From the NCBI GenBank assembly GCA_964035545.1, contig OZ037770.1, forward strand, positions 15,924,642 through 15,988,641: a DNA stretch of 64,000 nt, in the 5' to 3' direction. This stretch comes from Bugula neritina (taxonomy: Eukaryota > Animalia > Bryozoa). Below the pieces are notes generated by a model. The model made no database searches. It had not been told where the DNA came from and worked only from the letters and a program-made list of their open reading frames with translations. The position numbers and the translations under genes were made by a program. Below, piece after piece: positions 45,370 to 58,554 of the stretch; position 1 is the first letter of the stretch, and every line of letters begins with the position of its first letter.

Positions 45370-48210
45370 TCAACTCAACTCAGCGCTTGATTGGCTCAAC
45401 TCTGAGTTCCGTCTGAAACATTTAACAACTTGTACAAGATGTCTTTTGAAGCGGCTGGAGGTTGCGGTGTAGATAAACAGGTTGATGGAGCTGTTTATGA
45501 TGAGAAAATTGTAGGCAATGATGTCTAGCTCTTCAGCAAACTTCCAGTCTGCGTTTATTCTAGAGATCAGTTGCATTATCATGTCCAAAGCTTGGCATAT
45601 TGAAAATATGATTGTCACTATTATAAGCATTCTAATTACATGATCATACTGTCTCTGGATGTTTGTAGTTTGAGTCACTGCAGGTGGTGATGTCACTGCA
45701 GGTGGTGATGTCACAGCAGGTAGTGATGTCACAGCAGGTAGTGATGTCACAGCAGGTGATGATGTCGCAGCAGGTGATGTCACAGCTGGTGGTGATGTCA
45801 CAGCAGGTGATGATGTCACAGCTGGTGGTGATGTCACAGCTGGTGGTGATGTCACAACAGGTAGTGATGTCACAGGAGGTAGTGATGTCACAGCAGGTAG
45901 TGATGTCACAGCAGGTAATGTCACAGCAGGTGGTGATGTCACAGGTGGTAGTGATGTCACAGCAGGTAGTGATGTCACAGCAGGTAGTGATGTCACAGCT
46001 GGTGGTGATGTCACAGCAGGTGATGATGTCGCAGCAGGTGATGATGTCGCAGCAGGTGATGATGTCATGGTATTATACTTGTCATGTATGTTGTTGTTGG
46101 TAAAGGAAGTAACAAGCTGGTTTCTGGAGAAACTGCAGGTAAAGCTGCAGGTAAAGCTGTTGGAAGATGCAGATAGACTAGGATTCTTAGTGCAAGACTT
46201 GGCGGGTTTCTTCTGTTGAAATAAACAAGTTTAGTAAAGTGAAGGATTGAGTTATGATGAATGATACAAGTTTATCACCTGTACTATACCTGTAATACTG
46301 TGTACTATACCTGCACTACTGTACTACTGTAATACTGTACTACCTGCACTACTGCACTACTGCACTACCTGCAAGGTGCGGTTCTTGTGGAAGACCATTC
46401 TAGTTCTGATGACTCTAATGAGGTGATAGTTGGTGAAGGTGAGGATACTGAGAGGTACTACGTACATGACTAAGAGATACGACATGAATGTGTAGCCCCA
46501 GATATAATAGATATTCCTTCCCACTGACTCTACAAATATACCATAGAATGTTACACTCTCACATAGCTTCAGATTCATAGAATGTTACACTCTCAGATAG
46601 CCTTAAAATCTTACTTTCTGGCAAACTCAGCAACTCGCCATCACACAGGTCAATCCTCTCTGCTAGGTCTGGTATTGCCACGTAATACTCGAAGAATCTC
46701 GGGACAGAGTAGATCACGTCGACTGCAGCTAGTAATAGGATCTGAAGTTTAGCATTCCGTGGGGTACACCAGAGAGCTGCCTTGGTACGATGACATATGG
46801 ATATGTACCTGTAAATATAGCGATATGTACCTGTAGAAATATCGATATGTACCTGTAGATATATTGATATGCACCTATAGATATATCGATATGTACCTGT
46901 AGATATATCGATATGTACCTGTAGATATATTGATATGCACCTGTAGATATATCGATATGTACCTGTAGATATATTGATATGCACCTGCAGATATATCGAT
47001 ATGTACCTGTAGATATATCGATATGCACCTGTAGATATATCGATATGCACCTGTAGATATATTGATATGTACCTGTAGATATACAGTGATAAGTACCCGT
47101 AGATATAGTGACTTGCTCTCACCTGTCAGCTGACATCAGCACGATGCACCAGGTGCTTGCAAGGTGTACCATGTGCTCCAAAGGGTGGGCCACCACAGAG
47201 ATGTATCCTGTAAAACCATATGAGATGCTTTAACTAAAAGTAAATAAGACAACTCTAACAATGCCAACTCTCAGCAATGCAGTGGAACACATAAGTGTTA
47301 GGAGTGCAAGAGAAATGAGACAACTCCCAACTAATACAACCTGCATTGGGTATCTGTGGGCCAGGTTCGAGTATGTGAGAGTATATGCTGTGGTTCTCCG
47401 TCACTGACAAACAAAGAATCACAAAGATGTCTAGAATTGAAAGTGTAAACAAGAATATGTCTGTAGAGGTCTTTTTCCTGATGGAGCGGATTACAAATGC
47501 TACAAGGATTTGTGAGAAAACTCCTAAAAAATAAAATCTCTTTGGAATACCTACACAGCATCCTTATTTACTTTAGAATACACGGCATCATTCTAAACTT
47601 TAGAAGTACATTTTTGTATTTTAGAAGCATCTATCATTATTGCTACAAATTGTTCATATGAAACTATAGGCTATTATAATAGCCACTGTGACATGTAAAA
47701 TAGCACTTACTAAAGCCTGAAAGCAAGCTATTGTAGCCAGAGTAGATGTGACTTACTAACTGTAGCCAGAGTAGATATGACTTACCAACTGTAGCCAGAG
47801 TAGATGTGACTTACCAACTGTAGCCAGAGTAGATATGACTTACCAACTGTAGCCAGAGTAGATGTGACTTACCAACTGTAGCCAGAGTAGATGTGACTTA
47901 CCAACTGTAGCCAGAGTAGATATGACTTACCAACTGTAGCCAGAGTAGATATGACTTACCAACTGTAGCCAGAGTAGATGTGACTTACCAACTGTAGCCA
48001 GAGTAGATGTGACTTACCAACTGTAGCCAGAGTAGATGTGACTTACCAACTGTAGCCAGAGTAGATGTGACTTACCAACTGTAGCCAGAGTAGATGTGAC
48101 TTACCAACTGTAGCCAGAGTAGATGCGAAGATAAAGCTGATCCAGTGGTAGACCGAGAGGGAGGACCTCTCTTTGCACAAAGCAGTGTCTGTAGCAAAAG
48201 TGATATTCAT
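45370..48210 (-). CDS. Rhodopsin-class GPCR, FMRFamide/peptide-receptor-like, about 523 aa
   Basis: Exons on minus: 48210-48105, 47523-47341, 47207-47123, 46808-46615, 46529-46369, 46212-45370. TM2 LSILD, TM3 ...SADRYISICH, TM4 VPRFFEY, TM5 YVVPLSILTFTNY, TM6 MLIIVTIIFSICQ, TM7 INSSINLFIY. Confidence 0.9.
45680..46066 (-). repeat. Coding 18-bp minisatellite in GPCR ICL3
   Basis: Encodes (PAVTSP/PAVTSL/PAATSS)n in frame. Confidence 0.92.
46809..47105 (-). repeat. 22-bp repeat duplicating the GPCR acceptor plus exon start
   Basis: Minus strand (GATATATCTACAG|GTACATATC)n. Confidence 0.92.
47731..48124 (-). repeat. 29-bp repeat (about 13 copies) duplicating GPCR exon 1 end plus donor
   Basis: Minus strand (ATCTACTCTGGCTACAGTTG|GTAAGTCAC)n. 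Confidence 0.95.
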
Positions 48211-49242
48211 AGCGTCTGGTTTGAGTTACAAATATCTGCTCTACTGCTCCACGAAGAGGCTACAGCCAAATAAATAGTCAGGTGGAAGTCCTTAAACAAA
48301 TAGCAAGTGATCTCACCCCAGGTGAAGATACACCAGGCAGGTGTGTGGGTCTCATCATGGCTTAATTGCTATTGAAAAGGTTATTAGACTTGTTAAGGGG
48401 GACACTTGATATGTAATTAAATATTAGTTACCTTTAAGTTGTAACTTCACAAGTCAACATCCCCAAGTCTTTAGTATTTAATTGACTTGAAAGTTCTATG
48501 AGAGAACCTCCTGAGGTGATGACGTCTGTTGATGACTCATTATTATTTTTCATCTTCAGGTGGCTTATGGATCTACACATTACATGATTACATAATGCAG
48601 TATTATATTATATAATACAATATGATGTTATATAGTACAATATGATATTATATAGTACAATGTGATATTATATAGTATAATATGATATTATATAATATTA
48701 TATAGTACAATATGATATTATATAGTACAATATGATATTATATAGTACAATGTGATATTATATAGTACAATATGATATTATATAGTATAATATGATATTA
48801 TATAGTACAATATGATATTATATAGTACAATGTGATATTATATAGTACAATGTGATATTATATAACCTACAATATGATATTATATAATATATAATAGAAT
48901 ATTATATAATATATAATAGAATATTGTATAATATAACACAACAGTGACAAATAGTGGTTATCAGGGGAAACTATTTGCTTCATCACAACCAACCGGAACA
49001 ATGATATAACTGAATGTGTGGGTTTGTGTTGCTGCTATGTTGATCAAATTATGATGTTTAGAATATTTTTAGCTGCAGTGACCGGCAAACTTCCCTATTA
49101 GTTTCACAGATTGTGAAGCATATCACTGCCTCTGAATGTCATATCACCGGTAAAGGCATCAACTGAGTGATGATAAGCTGTTGGGAGTTCATACACTTGT
49201 CACTCCTTCTGCCTTCTCATTCCTAACTGGTTGTCAGAGAAG

Positions 49243-52200
49243 ATGGCGGATGAAAAAGTAGAAAAGTTTGAAAGAAGACCAGAACGGCTGACTGCCTCAG
49301 TTTACATGTATTTTGTGTTTGTGAGCATTTCGCTATTCAGTGCAGGACTTGTGCTCTACATCTTCCTCATTCAGCTGCCCAATCAGACGGCACTTATACA
49401 GGAAGTGACCACTCAACTCGACCAAACGACTGGACAGCTCGACCAGACGAGCGAAACTTTGAATAAGACTCGGTTTATGCTCAGACAACTTATAAGAGAG
49501 GTGAGTTGAGTGGCGTGTTGCTATACTGTTGCTGGACTGTTGCTATACTATTGCTGGACTTTTGCTATACTGTTGCTATACTATTGCTATACTGTTGCTA
49601 TACTGTTGCTATACTGTTGCTATACTGTTGCTATACTGTTGCTATACTGTTGCTATACTGTTGCTATACTGTTGCTATACTGTTGCTATACTGTTGCTAT
49701 ACTGTTGCTATACTGTTGCTATACTGTTGCTATACTATTGCTATACTGTTGCTATACTGTTGCTATACTATTGCTATACTATTGCAGTTATCTAACCAAC
49801 TCAACCACTCAGATTCCCATCACAGAGAGAAGAGGTCTGTGCCGTTAGCAGACGATGAGCAGGCCGAGGAAGATCTCAGTCAGCTATCACTTAGTAAGGT
49901 TTTTACTCATCTGTCTGTTTATTAGTCTGAGATATACTACTACATGATGCTGTCTGTTTATTAGTCTGAGATATACTACTACATGATGCTGTCTGTTTAT
50001 TAGTCTGAGATATACTACAACTACACGATTAAGTTCTGACTTGAGAATGGAAACTTGTTGTGATTGTCAAATAGCCATTTTAATTTTCAGCCAGCTTGAG
50101 TTTTCTAAGGGGGCCTCCAGGTTTTCCTGGAAGAGATGGAAGAGATGGACCTATGGGTGCTACAGGACTTCCTGGACCTAAAGGAGAAGAGGGAGCAACT
50201 GGCCCAAAAGGAGAAGTTGGTGGGATCGGTCGTACAGGGATTAATGGTTTGAATGGTGAGCTGAGTTGTTTATCAACAAATTTTATAGTCAACTGTTGGT
50301 AGAGGTGGTAGGACAATCATGTGATCAGCTAAGAACTGCTAATATCACCGCGGTTATAGTAGCAAGAAATTACAACATATGTAGCAATCATCTTCAATTT
50401 GACTTTGGGGTGTTTGGGAGGTGGACAATTTCTTGTGTTAAAATAAAGTTTATAAGTTGAAGCTGCTAGAGTGGCCTGTGATCTGCGCCAACAGCAAGTA
50501 TTTCACACACAAAAACAAAGTCATTAACATGATAATATTATGTTCTCATACTAGAATCAGAACATGGCAAATCATTAGCACTTTGCTCTGTTGAAACTAT
50601 TAGCAAATACTCAGCAGCTTTGAGGACAGAATAGGGTTGAGGTCATGACCCTTAGTACCATGAAACTATACTCTGCCATCAGTTTTATGTTTGTTCACTT
50701 AGACTTTCTGTCCTAGAGCAAAATCACTTTACATGTAGGCATCCCATCTTGGTTTACTGGTTACTGGCTTTATGGCTGTGTTTGTCTCAAGTCTAATTGC
50801 TATTATTAATAGAAAACACTTTTAGTATTGATTAGTTTACTATTTAGTGGAGTATTTAGATAGATTTTATTATACAGTCAGTGTTTTGTGCTGAAATTAG
50901 GGCGAGATGGACCTCCTGGTTTGCCGGGTGCACCGGGAGTGCCTGGACCCAAGGGAGAACCTGGCAGTACAGTAGATGGTGTTGGGCTGAGAGGAGCTCC
51001 AGGACCCTCTGGAACACCAGGAGCTGCTGGAGCTCCCGGAGCCGCTGGAGCTCCGGGTGCTGCTGGATCACCTGGATTACCTGGTGCTAAAGGAGAACCA
51101 GGAGAAGTTGGCTCACCCGGTTTGTAACGTAGTGTATGCATGTTAGTAACTGTAATGTAGTGTATGCATGTTAGTAACTGTAATGTAGTGTATACATGTT
51201 AGTAACTGTAATGTAGTGTATACATGTTAGTAACTGTAGTGTAGTGTATACATGTTAGTAACTATAATGTAGTGTATGCATGTTAGTAACTGTAATGTAG
51301 TGTATACATGTTAGTAACTGTAATGTAGTGTATACATGTTAGTAACTGTAGTGTAGTGTATACATGTTAGTAACTATAATGTAGTGTATGCATGTTAGTA
51401 ACTGTAATGTAGTGTAGTGTATACATGTTAGTAACTGTAGTGTAGTGTATGTATGTTAGTAACTGTAGTGTAGTGTATACATGTTAGTAACTGTAATGTA
51501 GTGTATACATGTTAGTAACTGTAGTGTAGTGTATGCATGTTAGTAACTGTAGTGTAGTGTATGCATGTTAGTAACTGTAGTGTAGTGTATACATGTTAGT
51601 AACTGTAGTGTAGTGTATGCATGTTAGTAACTGTAGTGTAGTGTATGCATGTTAGTAACTGTAATGTAGTGTATGCATGTTAGTAACTGTACTGTAGTGT
51701 ATGTATGTTAGTAACTGTAGTGTAGTGTATGCATGTTAGTAACTGTAGTGTAGTGTATGCATGTTAGTAACTATAGTGTAGTGTATGCATGTTAGTAACT
51801 GTAGTGTAGTGTATGCATGTTAGTAACTGTAGTGTAGTGTATACATGTTAGTAACTGTAGTGTAGTGTATACATGTTAGTAACTGTAGTGTAGTGTATGT
51901 ATGTTAGTAACTGTAATGTAGTGTATGCATGTTAGTAACTGTAATGTAGTGTATACATGTTAGTAACTGTAATGTAGTGTATACATGTTAGTAACTGTAA
52001 CGTAGTGTATGTATGTTAGTAACTGTAATGTAGTGTATGCATGTTAGTAACTGTAGTGTAGTGTATACATGTTAGTAACTGTAATGTAGTGTATGCATGT
52101 TAGTAACTGTAGTGTAGTGTATGTATGTTAGTAACTGTAATGTAGTGTAGTGTATACATGTTAGTAACTGTAGTGTAGTGTATACATGTTAGTAGCACTG

Positions 52201-54981
52201 AGTGTTAGTGTTATCACCGAGAGGCTAACTCAATTAAACATTCTATTAACTGATTGTAGGTGGGACAGAAAGCAGATTCAATGTGACTGCATGGAATATA
52301 ACACAAGAAACCATCTTCACTGAAATTAAGAAAATAAAAGAAGTAGTTAGTCAGCTTGAGCAACTGGAAGTAGAAGGTATTGGAGTCATTTTATATGAGT
52401 ACTTGTTGACAGTCATGTTGACAGTCATGTTGACAGTCATGTTGACAGTCATGTTGATATGTTGACAGTCATGTTGATATGTTGACAGTCATGTTGACAG
52501 TCATGTTGGCAGTCATGTTGATATGTTGACAGTCATGTTGACAGTCATGTTGACAGTCATGTTTGCACTGTCTGTAGAAGGAATCTCTAGCAGAAGTTGC
52601 CCAGTCTGGACGCGTCAAGGTGATGTGGATGACGTGCTGCTCCAGGGAACCTGCTACGCTCTCGTCCAAACACCCAAGACTTGGCAGCAGGCAAAAGATT
52701 ATTGTGAGCAGCGGAACTACAAGCTAATGAGTGTCGATTCAGCAGTGAAGAAGGCTCTACTGGACAGTTGGTTGACTACAGTTCAGCGGTCTTACAGTGA
52801 CACACTATGGCTGGGTGGCTTCCGGAAAGTTGGACGTCCAATAGATGAGTGGTACTGGGCAAACGCAACGACAGGTAGTAGCAATAAGTAATGTGTGCAC
52901 TACTGAGTAATGTATCTACTGAGTAATGTGTCTACTGGGTAATGTGTCTACCACTGAGTAATGTGTCTACCACTGAGTAATGTGTCTACCACTGAGTAAT
53001 GTGTCTACTGAGTAATGTGTCTACTGCGTAATGTGTCTACTGAGTAATGTGTCTACTGAGTAATGTGTCTACTGAGTAATGTGTCTACTGAGTAATGTGT
53101 CCACTACTGAGTAATGTGTCCACTGAGTAATGTGTCTACTGAGTAATGTGTCTACTGAGTAATGTGTCTACTGAGTAATGTGTCTACTGAGTAATGTGTC
53201 TACTGAGTAATGTGTCTACTGAGTAATGTGTCTACTGAGTAGTGTGTCTACTGAGTAATGTGTCCACTGAGTAATGTGTCTACTGAGTAATGTGTCTACT
53301 GAGTAATGTGTCTACCACTGAGTAATGTGTCTACCACTGAGTAATGTGTCTACTGAGTAATGTGTCTACTGAGTAATGTGTCTACTGAGTAATGTGTCTA
53401 CTGAGTAATGTGTCTACTGAGTAATGTGTCTACTGAGTAATGTGTCTACTGAGTAATGTGTCTACTGAGTAATGTGTCTACTACTGAGTAATGTGTCTAC
53501 TGAGTAATGTGTCTACTGAGTAATGTGTCTACTGAGTAATGTGTCTACTGAGTAATGTGTCTACTGTGTAATGTGTCTACTACTGAGTAATGTGTCTACT
53601 GAGTAATGTGTCTACTGAGTAATGTGTCTACTGAGTAATGTGTCTACTGAGTAATGTGTCTACTGAGTAATGTGTCTACTGAGTAATGTGTCTACTGAGT
53701 AATGTGTCTACTGAGTAATGTGTCTACTACTGAGTAATGTGTCTACTGAGTAATGTGTCTACTGAGTAATGTGTCTACTGAGTAATGTGTCTACTGAGTA
53801 ATGTGTCTACTGAGTAATGTGTCTACTGAGTAATGTGTCTACTGAGTAATGTGTCTACTGAGTAATGTGTCTACTACTGAGTAATGTGTCTACTGAGTAA
53901 TGTGTCTACTGAGTAATGTGTCTACTGAGTAATGTGTCTACTGAGTAATGTGTCTACTGAGTAATGTGTCTACTGAGTAATGTGTCTACTGAGTAATGTG
54001 TCTACTGAGTAATGTGTCTACTAAGTAATGTGTCATTCCGTTATTGTTTGCAGAAAATGCAGTGAGTGGATTTACCGATTGGGCAATTTCAGAGCCCAAC
54101 ACCGGATTTTGCATGGCCTACTATTATCGTAAATGGCGTGCCAGATCTTGTTCTAGATCGGCTTACGATTTCATCTGTGAAGGTAATGAACCGTGGTTTG
54201 CATAAACCAAAAACTTGTCATGCAAGTTGTTAACAATAATTTCATGAATTATTTGTCTCAGTTCAGACCTGATCTTTATTCCAACAGGCCCAGCAGATGA
54301 GATGACAACTTCTGCGTTAAGAGGGGGAGATGTATACACTCACTGGGGGAAAGCAATGTGTAATAATGAGTCCACTACTATTTATTCTGGTAAGTGACTT
54401 TTACAGTGTTGATATTGAGTAACTAGAAGTACTAATGGTGAGCCTGTATAATATATCAGTATGTAACACTACACACCTGCAATGGCTGGTTTACAGGAGT
54501 AGCAGCTGGAGCCAGGTTCGATGTTACTGGGGGTGGGGTCAACTATCAATGTCTACCCCCCAACCCAGAGTTTGTGAACTACAACACCAACGCAGTAGAC
54601 GTTTCCTGGATGAGATCAGTAGAATATGAATCCCAAGCTTACGGACTGTTTACTGACGGCATAGATAACCAGCACGCCGTGTGTGCTCGTTGTTACACCG
54701 GGAACCGGCCCTCAATCTTGATGATCCCAGCTATGGTAAGCTGCCCGTCCGGCTGGGTGAAGGAGTACTCCGGCTTTCTGATGGCCAGCTCCGAGAACGA
54801 GAAGCACTCGTCTACATACGAGTGCGTGGACTCGGACCCGGAGTATATCGGACTGAACCCGGCAGATCTCGGGGGGAGGTTCTGGTTTGTGAATGTTGAC
54901 TGCATTTCTGGCGGCTCAGTCGGGCAGTGTGACAAGTATGGACATGCCAAGCAGCTAAGCTGTGTTGTCTGCTCTAGATAA
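49243..54981 (+). CDS. Type II transmembrane collagen / C-type lectin / short-chain-collagen (C4, spongin NC1-like) mosaic protein, about 625 aa
   Basis: Exons 49243-49500, 49788-49893, 50091-50255, 50901-51119, 52260-52376, 52578-52874, 54054-54182, 54288-54389 (acceptor ambiguous), 54497-54981. Domains: N-terminal TM, coiled coil, furin REKR, Gly-X-Y repeats, neck, CTLD (CY...TWQQAKDYC...WLGG...EPN...FICE), then [52 protein letters not shown]. Confidence 0.88.
49515..49787. repeat. 11-bp AG-free minisatellite filling an intron
   Basis: (TGTTGCTATAC)n ending in TATTGCAG acceptor. Confidence 0.93.
51124..52193. repeat. 28-bp intronic minisatellite starting at the donor
   Basis: (TGTAGTGTAGTGTATRCATGTTAGTAAC)n. 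Confidence 0.95.
52888..54033. repeat. 16-bp intronic minisatellite splitting the CTLD exons
   Basis: (CTACTGAGTAATGTGT)n. Confidence 0.96.
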
Positions 54982-55129
54982 ATTAGGTCACTGTTACCCA
55001 ACATAGTCCTTATTTACTGCTCTACAACCTATAACCTCATGTAACCCAAATTTATTTGTATTCTCTGTTTATGTTTGACATGTAAATAATCTAAATAAAT
55101 AATATAGTATGTCATTTACCATTTCATCT

Positions 55130-56430
55130 TATAACTACTACATGAGTAACAGCTACTACATGTATAACAACTACTACATGTATAACAACTACTGCGTGTA
55201 TAACAACTACTACATGTATAACAACTACTACATCTGTGTATAACAACTACTACATGTGTATAACAACTACTACATGTATAACAGCTACTAGATGTGTAAC
55301 AACTACTACATGTATAACAACTACTACATGTATAACAGCTACTACATCTGTGTATAACAACTACTACATGTATAACAACTACTACATGTATAACAACTAC
55401 TACATGTATAACAGCTACTACGTGTATAACAACTACTACATGTATAACAACTACTACATGTGTGTATAACAACTACTACATGTGTGCATAACAACTACTA
55501 CATGTATAACAACTACTACATGTGTATAACAACTACTACATGTATAACAGCTACTACATGTATAACACTCCTGTTATCCTCAGTTGTCACCATTAGTATC
55601 AATTTGTATTTTAATTAAATTCCACTACTTGATTGTGGTTCATCAAAACTACAGTGCACAGCTTAACACACCTAAAACACTTCAAAACAACCTAGAATAA
55701 CTTAGAACAGCCTGGAACAACCTGGAATAACCACCTGGGTTCTAGAACAACTTAGAGCAATCTAGAATAATTTAGAATGCCCTAAAAAAGTCTAAAAGAA
55801 CCTAGTCTAATTTATCAGAGTAACCCTCAAACACCTGTCATGATGATTTGCTAGTATTACTTGCATTTAGTATTCTGCTTTTAGATAAAAGCCTGATGAA
55901 AATTCTACTAAAACCTAAATACTCCTCACAAAGTAATGTACCATAAGGTATGTCCATTTAGATGTGCCTTGTTCTGTTTTGAGTTAACCAGGAGCTAATG
56001 CTACAGAGATAAATGAAACTAGAGAACTAATGCTACAGAGATGAATGAAACTAGAGAGCTAATGCTACAGAGATGAATGACACTAGAGAGCTAATGCTAC
56101 AAAGATAAATGAAACCAGAGAGCTAATGCTACAGAGATGAATGAAACTAGAGAGTTAATGCTACAGAGATAAATGAAACCAGAGAGCTAATGCTACAGAG
56201 ATGAATGAAACTAGAGAGTTAATGCTACAGAGATAAATGAAACCAGAGAGCTAATGCTACAGAGATGAATGAAACTAGAGAGTTAATGCTACAGAGATAA
56301 ATGAAACTAGAGAGCTAATGCTACAGAGATGAATGAAACTAGAGAACTAATGCTACAGAGATGAATGAAACAAGGGAACTAATGCTACAGAGATGAATGG
56401 AACAAGGGAACTAATGCTATAGAGATGAAT
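55130..56430. repeat. 18-bp (55130-55565) and about 30-bp (55995-56430) minisatellites
   Basis: (TATAACAACTACTACATG)n and (CTAATGCTACAGAGATRAATGAAACTAGAGAG)-type units. Confidence 0.9.
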
Positions 56431-58554
56431 CACTCTCAAGAGACAGTTGATTGGCAAGCCTACAGAAGTGGTTTGAGTCTGTGACAGGGAGAGATTTTCT
56501 GGTTTTGGATTGTCTTGCAGAGAGGAGGAAGTACATGAGTCAGATTGTCTTCAAGTTAGACAGCCATGATGGATTATGTCAATGACTCAACCAGACTGAC
56601 AGAGAAGGTAGAAGATGTTGCAGTTGGATGATGGATTAAGAAAGCCAGGAAGTTACAGCTTTCTTAAGCTGGTAGATTAAAGCTATTAAATGAGTCAGAC
56701 CTTTTCATCTCTTACATCCACAAGCAGGTTGTCTGTCCACACAAAACATTATAAACTTGAATATGTATTTGTAGAAATACTAATCCAAATTGCCAAAAAC
56801 ACAATTATTTACTGCTGTTACTATGTAGGTTCCAATGTGGAGGAAGCCAACTTTGAACCTCCTTTGGTTAAACTTCCAAAAGAGTGTTTCATCATGAGAA
56901 CATCACAACTGCAAGCAGTAAGTAACATTTTTGCTGACTCTATACCAACTCTGTACCAACTTTGTATAACCAACTTTGCTTACCCCAGGTTTTTCATTAT
57001 TGGTTTAGAGTCTGATTTGGGGCTACAAGTGACAGACATATCCTACGATGACTCATCAGTGGAACCCAAACACAGAGGAGCTAGCGCCTGATATGAGAAG
57101 TACCGATGAGGTAAAGTTTCTCCACATAATATTCTATAATCAGGGCTGCGTCAATGGCTCACATCACTGAGCCATTGTGTTCTCCACTAGAACGTATTTA
57201 TTACAAATGATTAAGAAATTCTTCGAGCTTTGTTAGACGTAACAATTACGTTGCAAGTATTTATAGAATAGGATGCGATTACTGATGATAAATGGGAAGT
57301 AGCTGCGTGCCGTTCTGACAGAGTAATTTATTTATTATAAAACTTTACGAGCTGTAGACCTTGTCTAGCATATTATAGCAACTTTTCTAGCATATTACAG
57401 CAAGTTGTTTAGCATATTATAGCAAGCTGTTTAGCATATTATAGCAAGTTGTAGATAACAATTTATAGCAACATATAGCAAGTTATAGCAGTGATCATAG
57501 AGCATATAACAGATTTGGATTCTCAACACAAAGTCTCGGTGCTGACTTGTACTCTTAATTTGATGAGCTGTCAGGAAAAGCCTGGATGTGACAAGACGAT
57601 TGCTGAGTGCTGTATTCAGTTTACAAAGTACGATGTTTTATGTGCTCAAGAGATAAAAAATATATCAAGTTTTTATAGATCATAGATGACAATTTATGCT
57701 ACACAAAGCCACCAATAAGTGCTTTCTCAAAATTTAGTTGGCCAGGCGTGATATGCTGCACATTGTAATAATGGTTGCTTTAATACACCTCAACAACACC
57801 CAGCATATAATCAGAGTTGAATAGAGAATTGGCTATTAGCAGTTTAAACTGATGATAAATTATAAGCTGTCATTGTTGCTGGTAGACAATTAAACTATTG
57901 GTTTCATCGTAAACCTCCCTGCATTATAATAAATATCCAATAATAATAATATATGCATAGCAATGTCAGTCTGGGATGCAAATTAACACAAGGTTATCAG
58001 TTATGATAAAAGGCAAAGAATTTTTCTTCTTATCATTTATTCATTTATTCAAATTTATGGACGGAATGTATAGATTTAAAGTTGACAATTGGTAGAGTCA
58101 GTGGAAAGACTAAACAATATTAAATGGCACAATAAGACCCCCCCCCCCCCCCTTGTACAATTATCGTACAAAGCAAGTTGACACTAAAAGGCTCTACAAA
58201 AAAATCCTGACAATCCGTAGTCGGACATTTAGTGAGTCTAATCTCCCTGATCACTTTCGTACAGAGTAGTATGCTGGTACTATACACTGGTACTAGATAC
58301 TGGTATTAGGTACTGACACTAGGTACTGGTACTAGGTACTGGTACTGGTACTAGGTACTGGTACTGGTACTAGGTACTGGTACTATACACTGGTACTAGG
58401 TACTGGTACTAGGTACTGGTACTAGGTACTGGTACTAGGTACTGATACAGGCCTACTAGATGCTGCATCTCCTTCTCTAGGATACAACTTTCACTTCTTG
58501 CCGTGTATAACCTTGGTTAAAGGACAGAAGCTCTGGAAGACTCTGTAGAGCAGC

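Noticed and set aside
46530-46614. Apparent frameshift making the GPCR a pseudogene
   Set aside because: It is an 85-nt GTAAGA...TTTGTAG intron on the minus strand; removing it restores the frame (PEK SVGRN).
38935-48210. LRR ectodomain plus 7TM as one LGR-type receptor
   Set aside because: The two genes are on opposite strands, convergent, and each has its own start and stop.
56430-57110. Coding-looking unique sequence including ORF 56690-57091
   Set aside because: Multiple stops, no recognisable domain and no consistent exon chain. It may be a decayed gene or transposon fragment, but this cannot be supported.
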